64,000 nucleotides of DNA from Pelomyxa schiedti (Eukaryota; Protista; Evosea): NCBI GenBank assembly GCA_020536535.1, contig JAHLWZ010000854.1, positions 1-64,000 of the forward strand, read 5' to 3'. The notes under the pieces were generated by a model. It was not told the origin of the DNA. It saw only the letters and a list, made by a program, of their open reading frames with translations, and did not search any database. Shown one piece after another: positions 50,356 through 64,000 of this stretch. Position numbers and translations under genes: made by a program. Positions within the stretch are counted from its first letter, which is position 1. Every line of letters begins with the position of its first letter.

Positions 50356-53300
50356 CTATTCTTTCTTGGACATGTAGGTTTTGCACACATTCATCAGTGA
50401 ACCTTTTCGAGCTGTCATCATTCCACGGAACTCTGGAGACTGTATGAGCGCGGTCCGCTCGGAATTTATCACTGAAGTGAGGGTTATTCCAGAATGACAA
50501 GAATCTTTGAACACACTTTTCAATAGAAGCCATTCGCGTGTCTGCTCATTGTTTGGGAAACTGACAGGTTCGGGCATGAAGGGAGGATAGGGAGACACTC
50601 CAGCTTTGTTGGCTACTATAATATTATACCCTGTTGTGGCGTTTGTAGTGCTGTCGACAATTGCTTCAACAAGGAAGAAGCCATCTGGAATTTATGTTAA
50701 AAGGAATCATACTTGACTGTAACCAATACGTACGAAGGAAGTGCGAAGTGAGCAGTTTTGGAGTAAATAAGTCCTTGGGGTTTGTGGGGTCACGCTCTTT
50801 AAAAATTACAGAAACCTTGGAATGGTAAAATTAGAAAAAAATTTTAAATATTTAATTGATATTAATTTATATGAAATTAATAAAATAACAAAAGCGCACC
50901 ACATCATTCCCGATATGCCGTTTTCTTTCCACACGTTGAAGATCATCAGGTTGGAAAGGTAAGTATGTGCAAACCTTGAAATGATGTTTTGAATTTGGGT
51001 AAAAAATAGAAAACGTACATGATACATTATCTCGTAATCTCTGAATGACGTATAAACAGAAAATTTCCCTGTGGAACCGGCTGTTTATTCACCAATGAGA
51101 TGCGTGAGATCCGGAGACTGAGGGAAAATACTTTTTACATCAAGACCAGCTCGGTACTTGGTCCAGCCTTCTAATGTAACTTTAGTCCCAAGGAAATCGA
51201 GAAACTCCTGATAACGTGGGGATGCATCAGTTTCCACTTAAAGTGCATCAGATGAAGGCATAAGGAAATGAGATACTACAATTACTAAATATGTCGTTTT
51301 CATCAATTTGGTTTGGCTTCACCCACAGAACGCCAATCTTGTACGCACGCACACAGCTTCTTTCTTCAAAATTGAGTAAATCTTTGGATAATTCTGTTTG
51401 CGCCTTGACACGAACTAACTTGGTGTCCCTGGTAAAAATAAGTTTAAATAACACTGGGGAGGCCATACTTCAATCGAAGAATGGATGAGCCAACAAACCG
51501 GGCAGACTCGGTTGAGGGTATCAAAGCTCTGTCTACTCCCTATCACTAGCTTTAATTATTCTTATCACAAGAAAAAAGATTACCTTTTTCGAAATAATCA
51601 GCACTCTCCGAGGTAAAACCTCTTTGCTTTCTACTTGTTGAATTGCAGCAATAATGGGTGATCCTTCTGATATACAACAGAATATGTCATGGGCTGCAGT
51701 GTTTTAGTCCTTGACGCAAACAGAGGAAAAGCATACGCTGCCCGTAAAAGAATTCCTTATAAAATAAGAAGTACCGATGAGGATCGATGAAGCCAAAAGG
51801 TTCTATTTCATCCCGCTTTGTGGATGTCACACTTCTGGCATCATACTCAACTGAAAACGCACCTCCTGCTGGTGTGGTACATGCCACATCAATTGCAGGT
51901 ACACCGTACTTTTCTATGTTCGGTTCTGTCCCCTGTGATTTGATAAATGCTTGGGCTATCAAGTCAATGGAAGGGAACGGACTGTCCAAGTTTCATGTGG
52001 GTAGGGAGAGCTTGTCCAGTGATCAACAAAGCCAGATCCCCAAGCTAAGTTTTCCATAGATCTAATTGCTGTCACCAAAGCAGCACGATCATGAATTATT
52101 CTGAATTGGTTCTCAGAAAATAGTCTAGCAAAAGATAGGTACTTGCTAGGGAGAGCTGGCACAGTTTCACCAGAGCCAGTTGATGTCTGAAAAAGAGCAA
52201 GGTTTTTGCGGAGTTTTGTTGACATGGCCCCAACAGGAATTTCTGGTGAAGACGGGATGTTAGTGGATGAGAAGGGAGCATGGCAAAAATTACCAGATAT
52301 AATATTAGAAATATTTTTGAGTTTAAACATCGGCTCAGCTGGTTTAGCTGGCTGTGGTACTGGCATTGGTTGGTCACGCTGTGGAATGTTAACGAGCGCA
52401 AATCGTGGGCATTCTTACAAGGGTGGCACCAGTTCCCCATGATTCCATGGCAGCACCCAAATGCCCTGTGTGCTTGAATGTAATGGGGTCGGAGATAGCA
52501 AAGTCCTAAGTGGACTAAGGGAAAAGGCAGCAGAATGAATACATACATCTTTTTTAGGCTTTCTTTTTGGTGCGTCTTTATGGGTTGTCACTGGGTGGGG
52601 ATGTGATGTAGGTGCTGGTGTTGGTGTTGATGTTGATGTTGATGAAAATGTTGATGTCGATGTCGATGTCGATGTAGCGGCTGGTGTTTGTGTTGCTGTC
52701 GGTGACACCGGTGGTGCTGGTGTTGGCGTTGGTGATGGCGTTACAACTGATATTGATGGTGATTGCGACGGTGATGACGAAAGTGTGGGCGATGAGGTTA
52801 CTGTTATTGTAGGTGTGGATAATGGTTGGCTCTGCGCATTTGTAGTGGTCCCCGAAGATGGAGGAGCGGGAGCAGCAGGAAGTGGCTTTCCAGGTACGAG
52901 ATGAATGTGCATTGGCTTCTGAGCTGTTGGAGGTAGAGGAGGAAGTTGTTTGGAGGGGTGACTGATCCCAGATGTGCTCTGTGTAGGGGGAGTTGCATTT
53001 TCTGCTCCTTCTTCACCTTTAAACATTCCGATAAATTGACGTGACTGTCCAGTTTTCCTTCCAATGGAATTGAACCAATTTGGGGGGCGCTGCGGAGCAG
53101 ATTGATTTGTAGATTGCCAAGAGTGACTTTGTGCAACATCCAAGTAGGCAATGGATTGAATCTGAGACTGTGTTGGAGTAGCTTCTTGGGCTGATTGACC
53201 CAAATTTTGGAGTTTTAATTCTTCTTCCTTTGAGGAAACTTGAGATTCATCGGTGGGCTGCATAACGCCTTCATCATTTACAATAGACGCACTCTGGTCA

Positions 53301-55297
53301 ACTTCAACTTCACTTTCACTGTCACTATCAGCATCAAACTTCCAGTCCCCTTCGGCAGTTTCATTGTCACTGTCACCTTCCGGGGAAGAAATGTAGGGCA
53401 AGCATGTAGGATCGCTCTCAGGTGTGGGTTCGTAAACTCGAGGTTCAGGAATACACACTGAGGCTGCAGCGGTGGAATGTGTATGAATTGGTATTGGGGG
53501 TAAAGGTTTGGTTTCACTGGGCTCTTTTTTCGGTGGTGCTGCCATGGCAGACTCCGTTGACTGCTGAATGACAGGAGAAGCTGTGGCTACTGTATATTCA
53601 GTGCCACTCCCTGCCTGAGTTACAGTGTCCAAGTGAGGTGAAATGGATGACTTCTGTGAGGTGGTATGTGTTTCTATATGCATAGAACTACAAGACATTG
53701 GAAGTGCTTCTAAGGTGGAGTTATTGCTCGGTTCAACACTTTTTTATTGTATTGGGGTGCGTGGTCGGGTTACCTTGGGAAGGTTGTGCTTGCTCTCTAG
53801 GTGGTAGTGTAAGCCGCTCCTCTATACTATTGATGACTTCCAATGTGTGCTGTTCAGTTTGCACGGTAAACGTATCTTCCAAAGGAAGTGGAGTGACTTT
53901 CATTTCCTTTGGGGGTGGGGAAGGAGTTCTCCTGCGTGAAGGCAACTGTTGGGGAACCTGTTCGGTGGCTGCCGGATTTGTTGATGCCTTAGGCACTTGT
54001 TCTCGAGGGGGTAAAGCAGGAGGATGTCGAATGGATCGCTCTTCAATTGTACTTGAATTGTCTTGAGTCATGTCTTGTTCTGCTGGTACCACGTTTGGAG
54101 GAGGAGTTGGTGGATGAGCTGGTTTTGGTGGTAAACCGCCAGAGGATCTCAAACCCGAAGTAGTTGTATTTTGGGGTGCATTGGGTTCTGTGGCAGAGGT
54201 GCTGGGTTTTGGTGCTGGGGTGGGTGGTGCCGGTTTTGCATCAGTTGGAGTTGGAGGCTTTGGCTTACTTAAATAAACCGAAGCATTAGAGTTTGGAATT
54301 AACATTGCTGGTGGCTGTGATTGTGGAGGAGGGGGTTTGAGGTGGGGTGCAGAGATAACGCGGGGTGGAATTGTGGGTCTTGGAGGTAAAGATGGCCTAA
54401 TTTGTGCAGACTGGGTTAGGGGTGTTGTTGGTGTTTGGGGTAATGCTGGACTGTGAGTTGGTCTTGGAGGCAATACTGGTTTTGTATTGGGGACAGTGTT
54501 TGAAGTGGGGGTTGGTGTATCTAAAGGTGTTTTGGCTGTGTCCTGCAACGGTAATGTGGTATCTGCTATTGTGTCTGTTGGTGTTGATTCTGACTTGAGC
54601 TTCAAGATGTTATACTTCTAAATTTGTAAGAAAAGGACAATTACATCTGTGAGGTTATCTCCCAAGTCCAAGTCAGACCCAGAAGTACCCTGCACTCGAT
54701 AAGGGAATAACAAAACGGGGAATAAAGGGTACCTCAGAGAAGCTTTCCAATAAACTTACTGTACAAAGATGAGGATTCACAGAGTAATAATAATAGCATA
54801 CGTGTTACAATTTTTTTTTTCACCTCTTCCCGTTTTTCCAAAAGCAGGCGTGCTTGGGGAAAACTGAGACACAATGGTTTGGCTATCAAAATTGCGTTAG
54901 TGAGCTCCTCGAGTCGCTGTCCATTTACTCCCTTTTGACAGCATTACATTAGACGTCCTCCTTTTGCATTGAAACATGTGTGGAAGGGGAAAAAAAACTC
55001 ACAACAAAATTTTGAGCGAGAGGACTGAATGGTGGCCCCAATGAGGTGACCCAAGCAACAACCTGCGGAGCCGTCCACGAAGCAACAGGCAACGTACCGT
55101 GTATACTCATAGACACAACGTTGTCTCAGATGCCCAGATCTCCTTTTCGTGTTGTCTTGTTGCCCAACCAACGAGGTATCACGAGCCTCTTTTTTTTCGT
55201 ATTTTGTGTTAAAGGATTCCGGTTCCACGGAAAAAACTTCGGATCTTGATTTGATTGGCCATTCGAATGTGATGCGTTTATGTTTGGAAGGTGACAT
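50356..55297 (-). CDS. Rap/Ran-GAP domain protein with an N-terminal SAM-like domain and a very long Pro/Ser/Thr-rich linker
   Basis: YKIGVLWVK..Q..E..IFSN; EFLDFLG..V.L.GW..YRAGLD; EIMYHV; ERKRHIGND catalytic motif; SAM-like WTAPQVVAWV..LG...GVNG..L..LT. Confidence 0.88.
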
Positions 55298-55400
55298 AAT
55301 TTCCCGGTCGCAAGAGTGTTTTGGCTAGGTGTCATGTCAACTTGTTTAGTGGGAATCTCATTTTTATTATAATTACAAGCGGCAGTGTGTACAATTTCAT

Positions 55401-57346
55401 TTACAGGGAGGAGGAACTTGGGGAGATCTGTGTGGATGATGCTTTGGAGGACTGTGTCTTGGTGGTTTCTGGGGTGTGGGGGCTTTTGTCTTTGTCAGTT
55501 ATGGATAGACTGGAACCTGTTTCAATTGCTTGGTTACATGTGAGTATTGCTCATTTTTTGTTTGTTTGTTTTGTTTGTTTGGTTTTGGGTTGCTTTGATT
55601 GGGGGCATACCGGGAATAGTTACACTCTCTACAGTGGTTGTAGTTGTTGTCGTGGTCGTCGTGGTTGTTGTTGTGGTTTTTGTGAGTGTTGGCGTCATGA
55701 GCGGTGTATAGATAAGGGGTGGTGTCTGAAGGTAACTTGCGTGAAGAACGTTTTTATCTTCCTGGGCACAGATCAAACACTTGATTTAACCTTTTGTAGA
55801 TGAACCTGATTGGGATCACGAACATTGAGTGCTGCTGCCCTCCTCCTCACGGCAGGGGACGCGGTAGCGGTAACAGCGATCTTTTTCTGTATTCTTTATT
55901 ACTTTCTCTTATATGCTCATATTGAAGTCAATTATTACTAGAGATGAAGCAACTCCATTTACCTCATGACAGCAACAAGACCCACTTGATTGATATACAC
56001 TTGATGCAGATGAAGTGGCCTCCCATGAACTACCCCCACCAATACTAACACCCGCTACACTCCCATTTTCCCAGCTGCGTTGAATTCGACTCTCATGGGC
56101 ATCTGTAGCAATATCCACGACAGAGCCGCTACATCCTTTCCCATTGCCCATGCTGCTCTCTGTTGGTCTTGAACTCCCTGCTGTGCTTCCTCGGTAACTT
56201 GATACAGAAAAGTCATCTCCTACTCGGTCCCGCCTGCAGGGACCACAGCACATCAGGCGTCTGTTATTGGAAAACCCCTAGTGTAGACTTAATCATTAGG
56301 TTTCAACTGATGATAGTACGTGGGTTTGCTGCATTTCCTCAGCTTTTTCTCTCTGCATCATTATGTAATCATAAGTGGTCATATGTTTTAAAAAGGCTGG
56401 GTTGTAGATAAGTTAAGCATTACAACATGAAGAATCTACCTATATTTACATGAAAGACGAAGAGCTGCCCAAGTAGGTACAATGCAGGAAGGTCAAGCAC
56501 AGTATAGAATCCTATGACAGAAATATACGCATAGTGATGAAACCAGCTCCCATAAACATATAATACTATTTCACAATAAACCAAAATGATAACAAATAAA
56601 AAAACCAATACATCTTCCCGTGAGTCTCTGTCTATCAACTAAATATTCAATTCCAAGGGCAACACCAGTCAAAAAGTCTATGATGGCTGATAAAAAAACG
56701 CAGGACAGAAAAAGAAAAAATAATCTGTGGCAGTTTCAATTTTTCTTAAGAGGAACTAGGGTTGGGGCAAACCTATAGTTCTTTCCTCCTATGCAATTAT
56801 TTAACCAGATGCAGTGGTGATCAAAATTTGCAACACATTTATTACAGACCTTGCAGTGTTTACTTTTTTCATTCCTGGTTTTCAATATTAATTTTATCCA
56901 CTTTCTACAAGATACTTACACGACTACTCTACATATAATGCAGTAGTTATCTTCATTTATAACGTGAGTGCCTGCAGGAACTTCTGTTTGTGATCCCTGA
57001 GTGATAGCCCCAACGACAACATTAGGATCAACGGGATCGGACAACGTTACTGTAATGTTTAGTGCACAGCGTACATGGTGAGTGAGATAAAATAAATAAA
57101 AGCATACATTTTAACATCAGACTCAGAATCACGCAAAGCAGTGAACCAACAACCTGGATGGAAAATGTAAGAATGAAGACTTGGAAGAGAAGCCATAGAG
57201 ACCAGTGCCAAGAATATCAAGCAGGGCAGAGGGAGTAGAGCATCCTTGAAGGCAAAGTAGCCACAACCAAAAAACACCATCAAAAACCACGACAGCACTT
57301 GCAGAGGGTGGAACGGCCACCTACACCCGTTCTTTCGCACGGTCAT
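55401..57346 (-). CDS. DHHC protein S-acyltransferase (ZDHHC1/11-like)
   Basis: RKNG..WPFHPLQ N-terminus; [28 protein letters not shown]; MTTYDYI. Confidence 0.92.
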
Positions 57347-58130
57347 CGTGCGCGCTACCGCACCACAATCAGGAAAGGAAAAATTTCGACTTTGATCAAA
57401 ACACAGAAAACCGGAATCAAAAACGCCGAGGGTACGGCTATGCCTTGGAACCCAGCTGGAACAAAACGAAAAACATAAAGTCCATGAGGGTGCATGGAAG
57501 CCAAAGAACCAGCGTTTTTATGCTATTTGAGAGTTACGAGGTGCATCACGTTGTCAGGCGATAAAGGACTTGAACGGAGGATGTGGTCCTCACGAATTTT
57601 GAGTTCTAGGCGCCCTTTTTTGTGGCTGTGTGGCACAGGGGATGGAAGGAGAAAAGAAAACTCACATTTTGTAGCTGGAAACATTGTTGGACGAGTCTGA
57701 CAGTAACTTTTTACAGCTTCCTCTCCTAAGAGAAACCAGGCAAGTTCCATTCATTCTCCAGTTGAACCAAGGAGAAACATAGAGGCTCTGCTGACATTGG
57801 TTTGCATAGCTATGGTTGGCGAGTGTCAATCCCATTATTTCCCTTTTATGTTGGCTCAAAAAATCAAGACTGAGGGGCAAGGAGATCGCAGCAGATCGTC
57901 CCTACATCTCATGACACCTGCCGTGCCTCTTCGACCACGAAACGTGTTTCATTTCTTGATTTCTAACTTTTCTCTTCGCAAAAAAAAACCGAACTTCGTC
58001 CTTTTATTTTTATCAGTACCGAACTGAAACCAAAAGACACCCAAATTCAAACAGCCATTTAAAAAAAAGCAAAAAAAACCCGCACAACAAGGTCCCCAAC
58101 ACCTTAAATCAGCCCAATAATAAACCCAAA

Positions 58131-61100
58131 ATGTCTGACGATGGAGGTGAGCCCACGAGCGTACGAGCAGTAGTCGACAGCATCAACGAGTCGTTGGCAA
58201 ACAGCATACCGTCACTGGTATTGATGCTCATCACTCTGCAGGAACAAAACAAACCCCCTCCTCAAGAATTGACTGAAGTCGTGGTAAGTTGAGTGTGTTT
58301 TTCAATATATATATAAAAAAAAAAAGCACAACAATGCACTGTAGTTACGTGTTACTTGGCTTTGGTTTTTTTGTTTTTTTTTATTTTTATTTTTTGTTTT
58401 TTTTGTTTCGACTCTCTTCTTATTCATTGAGTAGCAAGGTGTTTCTGGTGCTGCAAAAGTTCTGGCTGATGTGGCGCTTGGGCTGGCCAATGAACAATAC
58501 GGGGACTACCCTGATATTCAAAAGGAAATTATTGACGCTGCTTCAAGTATATTTCCTTTTTTTTTTTTTTTTTGGTCAATACACTTTCTCACTCTGTTAC
58601 CCATTTAAGGTGTTTCTCGATGTGTGGAACAACTCAATCAGTCAGTCGTCCACTTGAAAGGTGGCAACATAAAGGCAGGATATTCTATTTTGATGGATTC
58701 CTGCAAAGTAATTGCTGGGGAGTGTATCAATCTTTTAGCTATAGTTTATGGAGCAGCTTTCAAAAAGTAAATCCTTTTTCCCTTACTATGTAATAACAAC
58801 TGTTGTTCCATTTCAGAACACTCTATGACGCAAAGAAAGCTCAAGCTAGTGCTTCTCTGATTGACGCAAGTAAGGCACCTACCGATCCTCAGAACTTCGC
58901 AGATAAGGTTCTTTTTCTGCGTAACTACTTCCGTTCCTTACTTTGAACAGGTAAGTGACTTAGCCAGTCGGGCTGGAGAAGTGGCACAGCAACTGAAAGA
59001 TGAGATGGCTGACGAACCAAGCGAGATCCGCAAGCAACAGCTCGCAGAGGCCGCAGCAAAACTGGAGCATTTAAGTGATGGTGTTATCGAGCAGTGCAAC
59101 AACTACTTGGGCGATTTGGACAATGCCACTGCCTGTGAGAACTTTAATTCTGAACTGGACAACTTAACGAAAGCTCTAGCAAAGTAGTCCTGTCACGTTT
59201 TTCCCCTATTATTTACTCTATGACAGTGCCCAAGTGCCTGTCCTGGAGGCCCAAATTGAAATACAAGAGCAAACAAATGCTAAATCCGTTGAGACGGTTA
59301 CTCCACCACCTGTCAGTGTTGCTACAGAAACGCCATCAGCAATGCCGCATCAAGCACAGTCTGTTCCTGCTTAGTGGGTCTTTATGTTTTCTTTCCTTCT
59401 CCTTATGTGGTACAGCTCTGCGGAAGATACCCTTGACCAGCTATTGGGAAATCAATCAAAAGATATCGATTGCTTGTTGGACGCTCTGAGAGATTCCGAT
59501 CCTGAGGTTTCCTTTCTTTTTTCGCAGCTTCTCTAACAGCTGAACAGGCCACAGTAGCTGTTCTCAAGAAGATGAATGAACGTAACAAAGCGATGTTGAA
59601 CAGTGCTCGAGAGGAAGTTGCCGTGTGCAAAAATCCAGCAAAGGGCAAAGAGGCAACCGTTATTGCCAATAATATTGAAGCTCTTTTCCCTACGATTTTG
59701 CAAGCTGTCCGAACTGCACTTACTGAACCAAGTACTCACACTCCCCTCTTCAGCTCTTTTTTTAATTCTCCTCGACTAATATTAACTGTTTATTCTCTTA
59801 AACAAAAAGCCAATGCGGCTGCCAAGAAGCCTGTAGAAAGCAAGTGTGCCGAAATGAAAACGGCGATAAATGCCTTGGCTGATGCTATCGATCATGCCAA
59901 GCATGACCCTGCAAAACCTGCACCTCCCCCTCAGTCACACTGGGAGTCAGTCCCAGCCGCCCCCGACGTTAAATCAGAGTACCTTTTTAATACATTGCCT
60001 ATGCATTAAATCTAGCTCCAGGCAAGCCGTAATTGCAGATCACCTCAAGAAAGACTGTGAAGATATTGTAGAGGCAGCCCGTACGAAAAATAAACCTGTA
60101 AGTAGATGTTATTGTCCTTACAAACCTAATCCAATCAAGGCGGAAGAAAAAGCTCTGGAGCAAGCTAAGCAAGATCAAGCGGAACTTGCACGAGTCTGCA
60201 AGAATGCGGCCGCACATACCAGAGATGCACAGGCGAAGGACGAGATGGAGGTTCAAAAGCACCTAAGCCACCAATTTACTAATCCCCTCTAGACTGCCCT
60301 CCACGCAGAACAAGACCTTGCCTTCCCTAAGCTTAAAGAAAAAGTTCAAGCTCACATTGCCTCTCCCAGTGAAGCGAACATGGCACAACTTACAGAAGCA
60401 GCGAAGTCTGTTATAGCTTCAGCCCATAATGTTGCAGAAGCATCCTCGAAAACTCCAGCAGATACTATGTACGAAAGTGCTAAAGAGGCCAAGAAGGCAC
60501 TAAATGATGTCAAGAAAGCAGCAAACAATGGGGTAGGCTCCTTTTTGTTTCTTTTCCTTCTCATTGATTTGGTTTCCAGAACGTACCCGAAACTCAAAGT
60601 GCTGTCCTTAATGCAAAGAGAGAACTCAATGATTTTGTAGACCGGTCTATTCAAGTTGCAAAAAGGCTTCGAAACCCGCAAGTAAGCTCCCTTTGTACGC
60701 TTTTGGCCCACCTTTCACTCTTTAAAGGCACAAGCTGCTAGCCGAGTTGAGGTTCATGAGTTGGAAGCTTTACTGCCGGAGTTGTCTTCCAACTGTGACC
60801 GTTTTGCAAATGATCCAACAAACCCACAGACACACAATGACCTCATTGACACAACAGACAAAATTGAGGTTATTACGTGCCCTTCCCACAACCATACCAA
60901 CTGGAATACTAGAGAAAAATGGAGAGCTTGAAGGCAACAACAAAGGCAAATCCAATTCACCTTGCTAAACAAACATCTGCGGATCTTGGTGACCTTGAAG
61001 TTTGTTGCTGTTTTTACTGCCCTCACCAAACAAACTCCTTCTTAAGGCTGCTATCGCCTGCAAAGATAAAAAGGAAGTAGCAAAATACGCGAAAAAACTT

Positions 61101-64000
61101 GTTGACCACAGTGGAAAGCTTGTTGATGAGATTCAAAATCAGGCGCAAGTAGCTACTGGCCCATCTGCTGCTGCATTGCAGGTTAGTCCCCTCACTCTAC
61201 TTGCCTGGAAATTGAAAGGCTTACGCAATGCAGAAAATTTCCAATGACATCACCAATGCAGTGCCTGCACTGATCAAAGCTGCCGACCAAGTGTGTTATG
61301 CTAATGTACTACTTTTGTGTAATCTCTTTAAGGTTTCTCGTGGGATCCCGTCTAATACTGACCAAACAGCACAAGTGTTACACAGTGCTCTAAATAACGT
61401 TGCTGACTCTGTCGATAATGATGGGGCTCCCACGTTCTGGATGGTTTGTTTCACTTCTGAACAACCTGTCCCTAAAACCCTTATTTTCCAACTCAAAAAG
61501 TCCCCTCCAGCTGCAGATGAAGATACACTTGACCTTCTTGGGGATGCCGAGTCTGCTCTCGATGACCTTATTAATGCCGCCCGTGGTGCTCCAAGAAAAC
61601 CTGGAGGTGAAGTTGATCCGACTCAGGTGCAGGAGAAGCTGCCGGAAGTCATTTCTCACTTAGAGGAAGTTGCCCAAGCAATTCAACTTCCGGCTGAGGA
61701 AGAAGTTTATGTCCAAGGAAAAGTGTTACAGGACCTTTATAAAAACATGGAGCAGGCTGCAATAGCCAAGGATCCCTCTGTAAGATTTCCTTCCATTTTA
61801 AGCACAAGTAATATTTTCAGAGCATTGTGGCTATTGCGAAAGAACTGGCGGAGAATCAACCTAAATTCCTTGCCGCTGTCAAACATTGTGGTGATAGTTC
61901 ACCAGCAGAGGCAGCCAAAATGACGAAAATGGCCGAGTCACTTGATGGACACTTGAAGGCTTCAATAGAAAGTAATAATCCCTTCAAAATGCTTTCACTC
62001 TTGCACTAAAAACCTGCTTTAGATTGCAAGGCTTGCCTGGCTGACCCAAGTGAGGCCAATAAAGCACGTGTTAAAAAAGCAGCCCATGATGCAGAAAATG
62101 CAATTCAAATTGTCCTTGACACGGCTACACCCGAAGCGGAGGTTGCCCTTCAAAATGCAATGGAGGATGCAAGGAAAGCTCTTGCTGAACTTCAGAGAGC
62201 GAAACTCTCCAAAGACCCCGCGGCAGTATGTACTTCAGTTTCATTTACTATAACTAACTCGTAAAACAGCTCGCTGCCGCAGAAGATCACCTTCAAGAGG
62301 CGATAAGAGCAGTAATGGCTCGTGCAGAGATGCTGAAACGGGCAGGCGGACCCGGCGCTTCTGCTGGACGCAGAAAAATAGCTGATGCACTTAAGGCTCT
62401 GAACAATTTGTTGCCTCTACTGCTTGCTGCATCAACCAACATGAAAAAAGACTTCAATGACCCACGGGCTGAAGCAGGTCTGTTTCTGTGTGAAGTCTGT
62501 AAAACTTATTCCCCCCACAGAAGTTGTGAAGGCAATGAATGAAACAGACAGGGCACTGAAAGACTTGGAGGATCTCCTTAATTCTTTGCCTTTATCTAAT
62601 ATTGCAAAAGAGGTTGTCATGGTTCCTACGTAGTTGATTCCTTACCCTCATTTATAGAAAGACGTCCTGAAAGAGATTTCGCATAACGTAGCCAAGAATG
62701 ATGCCCCAGTTACGATAACTCTTATGCATAAAACAATCTCATTTCGAAAATTAGGCAGCGGTTGCCGCTGTTAAAGACTTAGCGGCAATGCAAGCCAAAG
62801 TTATCCAATCCGCAAGAGCAGCCATAGCAGAGAGGCCTGCTGATTTTACTCCTGCACAGACTGCTAAAGTAGAAGAAGCAACAAGACAGTTGGAGGCACA
62901 GCTGCCGACTCACATCAATGCCGTGAAAGACGCACTCAGGGGCAATACAGCAGGTTCTTATTTTCCTCCATCTATTAAAACGTAATATAATCCAGAGGCT
63001 GTTGAACGGGTGCAAAAGAGTGAGGAGGTCTTCCAAGCTGCCTTGGACTCGTTGAAGGAGGCGTTCATTGACCCTGCTGTTGCTCAACAAACTCAAGCTG
63101 TTGCAGGTGCTAAGAAACATGCCGTAGAGTTTTGCGAGGCAGTTGGTTGTTCCCTTTTCTAAAATTATCCCTCTAACAAAAAACCCAGGAACTCAAAATG
63201 TCCCTGTTGTGAAGATGTCTGTTGCAGCTCTTCGCCAAGACGTGGCTGGCCTGAAAGCCAAACTCATGGGGTCACCTGGTTTCCCTTCTGTTTGTTTTTA
63301 CCTTTCTTATTTGGTTGTTCTAGCCTCCCCTGCATCCTCTTTTGTCCAGCACCTTGACGACTTGGTTGGACAAGCCGAAGCAATGACAGCCAAGCCAATT
63401 GACCCAGTGGCACTTGGCAATATTGCAGAGCAGATTAAGGCAAATTGTTTTAGTCTCACAATCACTTCTAATGCAGTTATTAGGATACCACTCAGAAGAT
63501 AAATGACATGACAGAAGCTCCTCGAGTTAGTCCTGCTGCAGATGTAAAAGCCAAGGCACGCACTGTTGTCTCTGCTGCCAAACGAGCAGCTGCCCACAAA
63601 AAACCCGATCTGACTGGACTTCTCGATGCCAGCAAATCACTTGCCAACGCCATGGGTTCTCTGGCTGCCAACTCCAGATCAACAGCACGGTCTGGGGTCG
63701 ATGGAACAACAAATCAGCGTGCACTTGCTGCAATGGCATTGGATGACCTGCTTGCTGGCCTCGAAACGCCAACAACCACTGCCGCAGCTCCCGCGCCTGC
63801 TCCAGCTACAACGGTCAATATTGCCGATCTTCTTAGAGACATCGAGGTACCCGAACCAAAACCAGCAGCCAAGCCTGCCCCTGCCAAAACAGCAGCAGCT
63901 CGCCCAGCCGCGGCTCAGGCCCCACCTAAAACTCTTGGAGGTAAGTTGTTGATACTTCTGTTCCCAATGCTTATCATTGTCCAACAGCGGCCATTCATGA
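58131..64000 (+). CDS. Large vinculin/alpha-catenin/talin-like helical-bundle protein, runs off the window end
   Basis: Many exons of Ala/Lys/Glu-rich amphipathic helices with Pro-rich linkers; N-terminus SLANSIPSLVLMLI...LANEQYGDYPDIQKEIIDAA resembles amoebozoan vinculin-family proteins. Confidence 0.65.

Noticed and set aside
1-64000. tRNA, rRNA, CRISPR array or autonomous transposon
   Set aside because: No cloverleaf, rRNA-like segment, repeat-spacer array, transposase or RT motifs seen by eye

Overview
Gene-dense eukaryotic nuclear DNA with many very short (about 25-60 nt) spliceosomal introns and tiny intergenic spacers. Gene content and a lineage-expanded family with a 'Q..A..LAA.S.RCG..SPAR' N-terminus suggest an amoebozoan, plausibly an archamoeba such as Pelomyxa (inference). 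About 26 protein-coding loci or pseudogenes. Housekeeping genes: FEX, RRN3, cyclin C, Rab5, SPX phosphate transporter, RhoGEF, MFS, SMPDL3-like phosphodiesterase, SAM-RapGAP, DHHC and a vinculin-like protein. These are interleaved with fast-evolving ubiquitin-adaptor or recognition genes. Main observations: (1) three TRIM-like RING-B-box-coiled-coil genes ending in an olfactomedin propeller, with hypervariable patches in a near-invariant framework, one copy pseudogenised; (2) a roughly 700-nt intergenic, highly base-paired element (48.5-49.2 kb) with four hairpins sharing an AGG-C(U/G)CCC-CCU apex; (3) an unusually long 595-nt RRN3 intron that folds into a closed multi-helix structure; (4) a KCTD-type BTB protein with three tandem C1q/TNF-like domains; (5) intronless paralogs sharing an almost identical 188-nt N-terminal module in front of divergent C-terminal domains. 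Exon boundaries and RNA folds were read by eye and are approximate.
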